Part shown: positions 61,946-64,000 of the stretch, in pieces
Layout of the letters: every line of letters starts with the position of its first letter
Position numbering within the stretch: position 1 is the first letter of the stretch
Assembly (NCBI GenBank): GCA_028826165.1
Contig: JAPDFW010000067.1
Location: 406,366 to 470,365 of the forward strand
Length of the DNA: 64,000 bases
From: Anaeramoeba ignava BMAN
Lineage: Eukaryota > Protista > Anaeramoebae
Direction of reading: 5' to 3'
Made by a program: the position numbers and the translations under genes
The notes under the pieces: generated by a model
Databases searched by the model: none
What the model saw: only the letters and a program-made list of their open reading frames with translations
Told to the model about the DNA's origin: nothing

Positions 61946-64000
61946 GGTGAAAAAACAGTTTGAATTGTTCCAATCAAAACCTTGATTTCAATCTAAATTC
62001 AAAACCAACTAAAACTAAGTGAAGGATGAAAAAAACCATTTGATTTTAACATGTGATATGGTTTTGCTTCAGAAACAATAGATCTTTCAAATGCATGGGG
62101 CTTTCATCGAAAAAAAAAGTTCAAAAATCCACATAAGCCATCTTTGAAAGTTCAAAACGATCAAAAATCAAAAGGAATGAAAAATGTTATACCCCAAATG
62201 GAGTGCCAGAAAATAATTTTTCGATCATAAAACAACAATCCACGACCAAAAACTTTGCTGGAAATCACAAAAAATGTCATTATGTGATGCATTTGCTGAT
62301 CCCTGGCATGTGAGCAAAAGTATAAGAAAAAGAATTGCAAAAATAATCACAAGATTCTTAGCACAACAAAGAAAAAAGAAGAAACAAAAAAGAGGGAAAA
62401 CTAACAAAAAAAGAAGAGCTCAAAAAGAAAAAGATAAATATTTGGAATCGGTTCTATTATTTCATCATTTTGATACCAAAGTTGTCAAGTCAGGAGACAT
62501 TCCATTCTCCTTAAAATTGGTTCATTTTTTCATTCATTAAATCATATGGTCTGTGTGAAAATCAATGAAAAATATTCAAAAGATCCTAATACACGCCTCC
62601 TTGCACTGTTAAGAAAAATCAATACAAATCAGGATTTTTACTTAAACCATTCTATCTGATGTGCCCATTCTACAAAAATTGATATAGTTGTCGATATGAT
62701 TCATCTACAAGCCATTGAGTCTTTAGTGTGATCGAACTTTGTCCGATCGAAACTTACACATTCAGGAAATTACCCCTTTTATAAATTAACTTCAGATTGG
62801 AATTATAATAGAACTAGGCAAAAAGTGATTTGGAAAAGGAACAAGAACGTAAAATGAAAATAATCAAAAAAATAATGAAAATAATGAAATGATCAAATAA
62901 TGAAAATAAATAAAACAATGAAAATAATGAAAATAATCAAAAACAATGAAAATAAAAAAAATAGAAAAAATGGAAAACAATGAAAATAATAAAAAAATGA
63001 AAATAAGAAAATAATCAAAACAAATGAAACAATGAAAATAATAAAAATAATGAAAATAATGAAAATAACAAAAATAATGAAAAATAAATGAAAAAAATCA
63101 AAATAATGAAAAATAATGAAAAAAATAATCAAAATAATGAAAATCATAAAATATAAAGTGGAAAGAGAAATTTGAGAAGAAATTTCAAGATAAAGAATCT
63201 CAAAATGAAATGAAGATGAAGATGAAGATGAAGTCTTTTTCAAAACAAAAACAAGAAAAAGAGAAGAAAAAGGATATGAACTATAAAATTCTCCCTTCAT
63301 CAATTCTCTCCCAGAAATCTTTCAAATTGATGAACCTTCTGAATCAAAAGAGTTGGAAAAAATAAAATTTTTAATTCCACTTCCAAAAGAAAAAGAACAG
63401 AAGAGAAGAAATTGTAAATCGAAACCAAATTGAAACCAAAAGACCAAAAACAAAAACAAAAACAAAAAGAGAAACTCGAAATGGCAAAAAGGAACCAATT
63501 ACAAAATTAGGTCAAAATGAATCCTGTTTAATTGATTTTGGCTACAATGAAAAAGAGAAAAACAGTTGAAGAAGTTTTTCCACCCAAAAATGCTTCAAAA
63601 ATTATCCATCAAGAAGAAATAAGGAGGAATCGGTCGGAGATAGATGATTACTGAAACATTTGGTCTCACTTATGAAATTCATGAAGCTTTGGTGGGAAAG
63701 GTGGGATATAAACGGATGGTTTGAATTTTGGAGGATATCATTGTCCTGAGATTTTTATTTCAGATCAATACCATTTAGATCCCGATTGACTAAATTGATT
63801 CGATCCTACTATGAGAAAATTACAGTTGGATACCAAAATCTCCAAGAATTTGAAAAATCAACAGGGTAAAGGAGCAGTACAATTTTGACCAATTTTTGTA
63901 GAGAAAACACACAACAAACACTACTAAATTCGATTGAGTACTTGGGCCAAATCATCAATAATCCACTACTCTGAATAAATTGGAAAAGCTTTTTCAAGGA

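Larger units (their letters stand above)
59381..63300 (+). mobile_element. Decayed DNA transposon, probably Kolobok/Mutator-like DDE transposase pseudogene
   Basis: Fragmented frames with CYICGK (N-terminal Zn-finger-like), LTCD, TIHDQ and DAFADPWHVSKSIRKRI (D-x2-H motif). Candidate terminus TTAA|AGCCTTCCCCC at 59381. Many stops and frameshifts. Confidence 0.42.

Noticed and set aside
63686-63702. GCTTTGGTGGGAAAGGT as the right terminal inverted repeat of the element starting at 59385
   Set aside because: Only a partial match with indels; no inward extension of similarity and no following TTAA.
1-64000. Alternative genetic code (TAA/TAG read as Gln)
   Set aside because: Long conserved ORFs are open in the standard code and end at TAA/TGA at the expected C-termini.

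Overview
Very AT-rich eukaryotic (protist) genomic DNA using the standard code, with GT-AG spliceosomal introns that are often inflated by AT microsatellites. No prokaryotic operons, rRNA, tRNA or CRISPR were seen. About 21 protein genes can be reconstructed: a neurobeachin/BEACH-type protein running off the left edge, a beta-helix multi-TM receptor, a bacterial-type PEP/pyruvate-binding-domain protein, a MIR-less PMT, a DGK1-like kinase, a BRSK/SNF1-like kinase, an acyltransferase-3, three tandem FG-GAP/FN3 receptors, an RCC1-BTB protein, prefoldin 6, soluble PPase, an SLX4-like UBZ protein, TFIIE-alpha, PIG-B, four tandem divergent actins and the spliceosomal DEAH helicase Prp16. A decayed, probably Kolobok/Mutator-like transposon occupies the right end. 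The standout feature is a 316-aa intein inserted in the Walker A motif of Prp16 (GSGK|S...HN|TT). It carries a class-3 W-C-T signature and a degenerate LAGLIDADG endonuclease. Also notable are a 4.9-kb satellite intron behind an 11-nt first exon, a 146-bp-period array, and actins lacking the canonical ATPase residues. The overall style suggests an Anaeramoeba-like metamonad (inference only). Several single-base frameshifts in homopolymers look like assembly errors.
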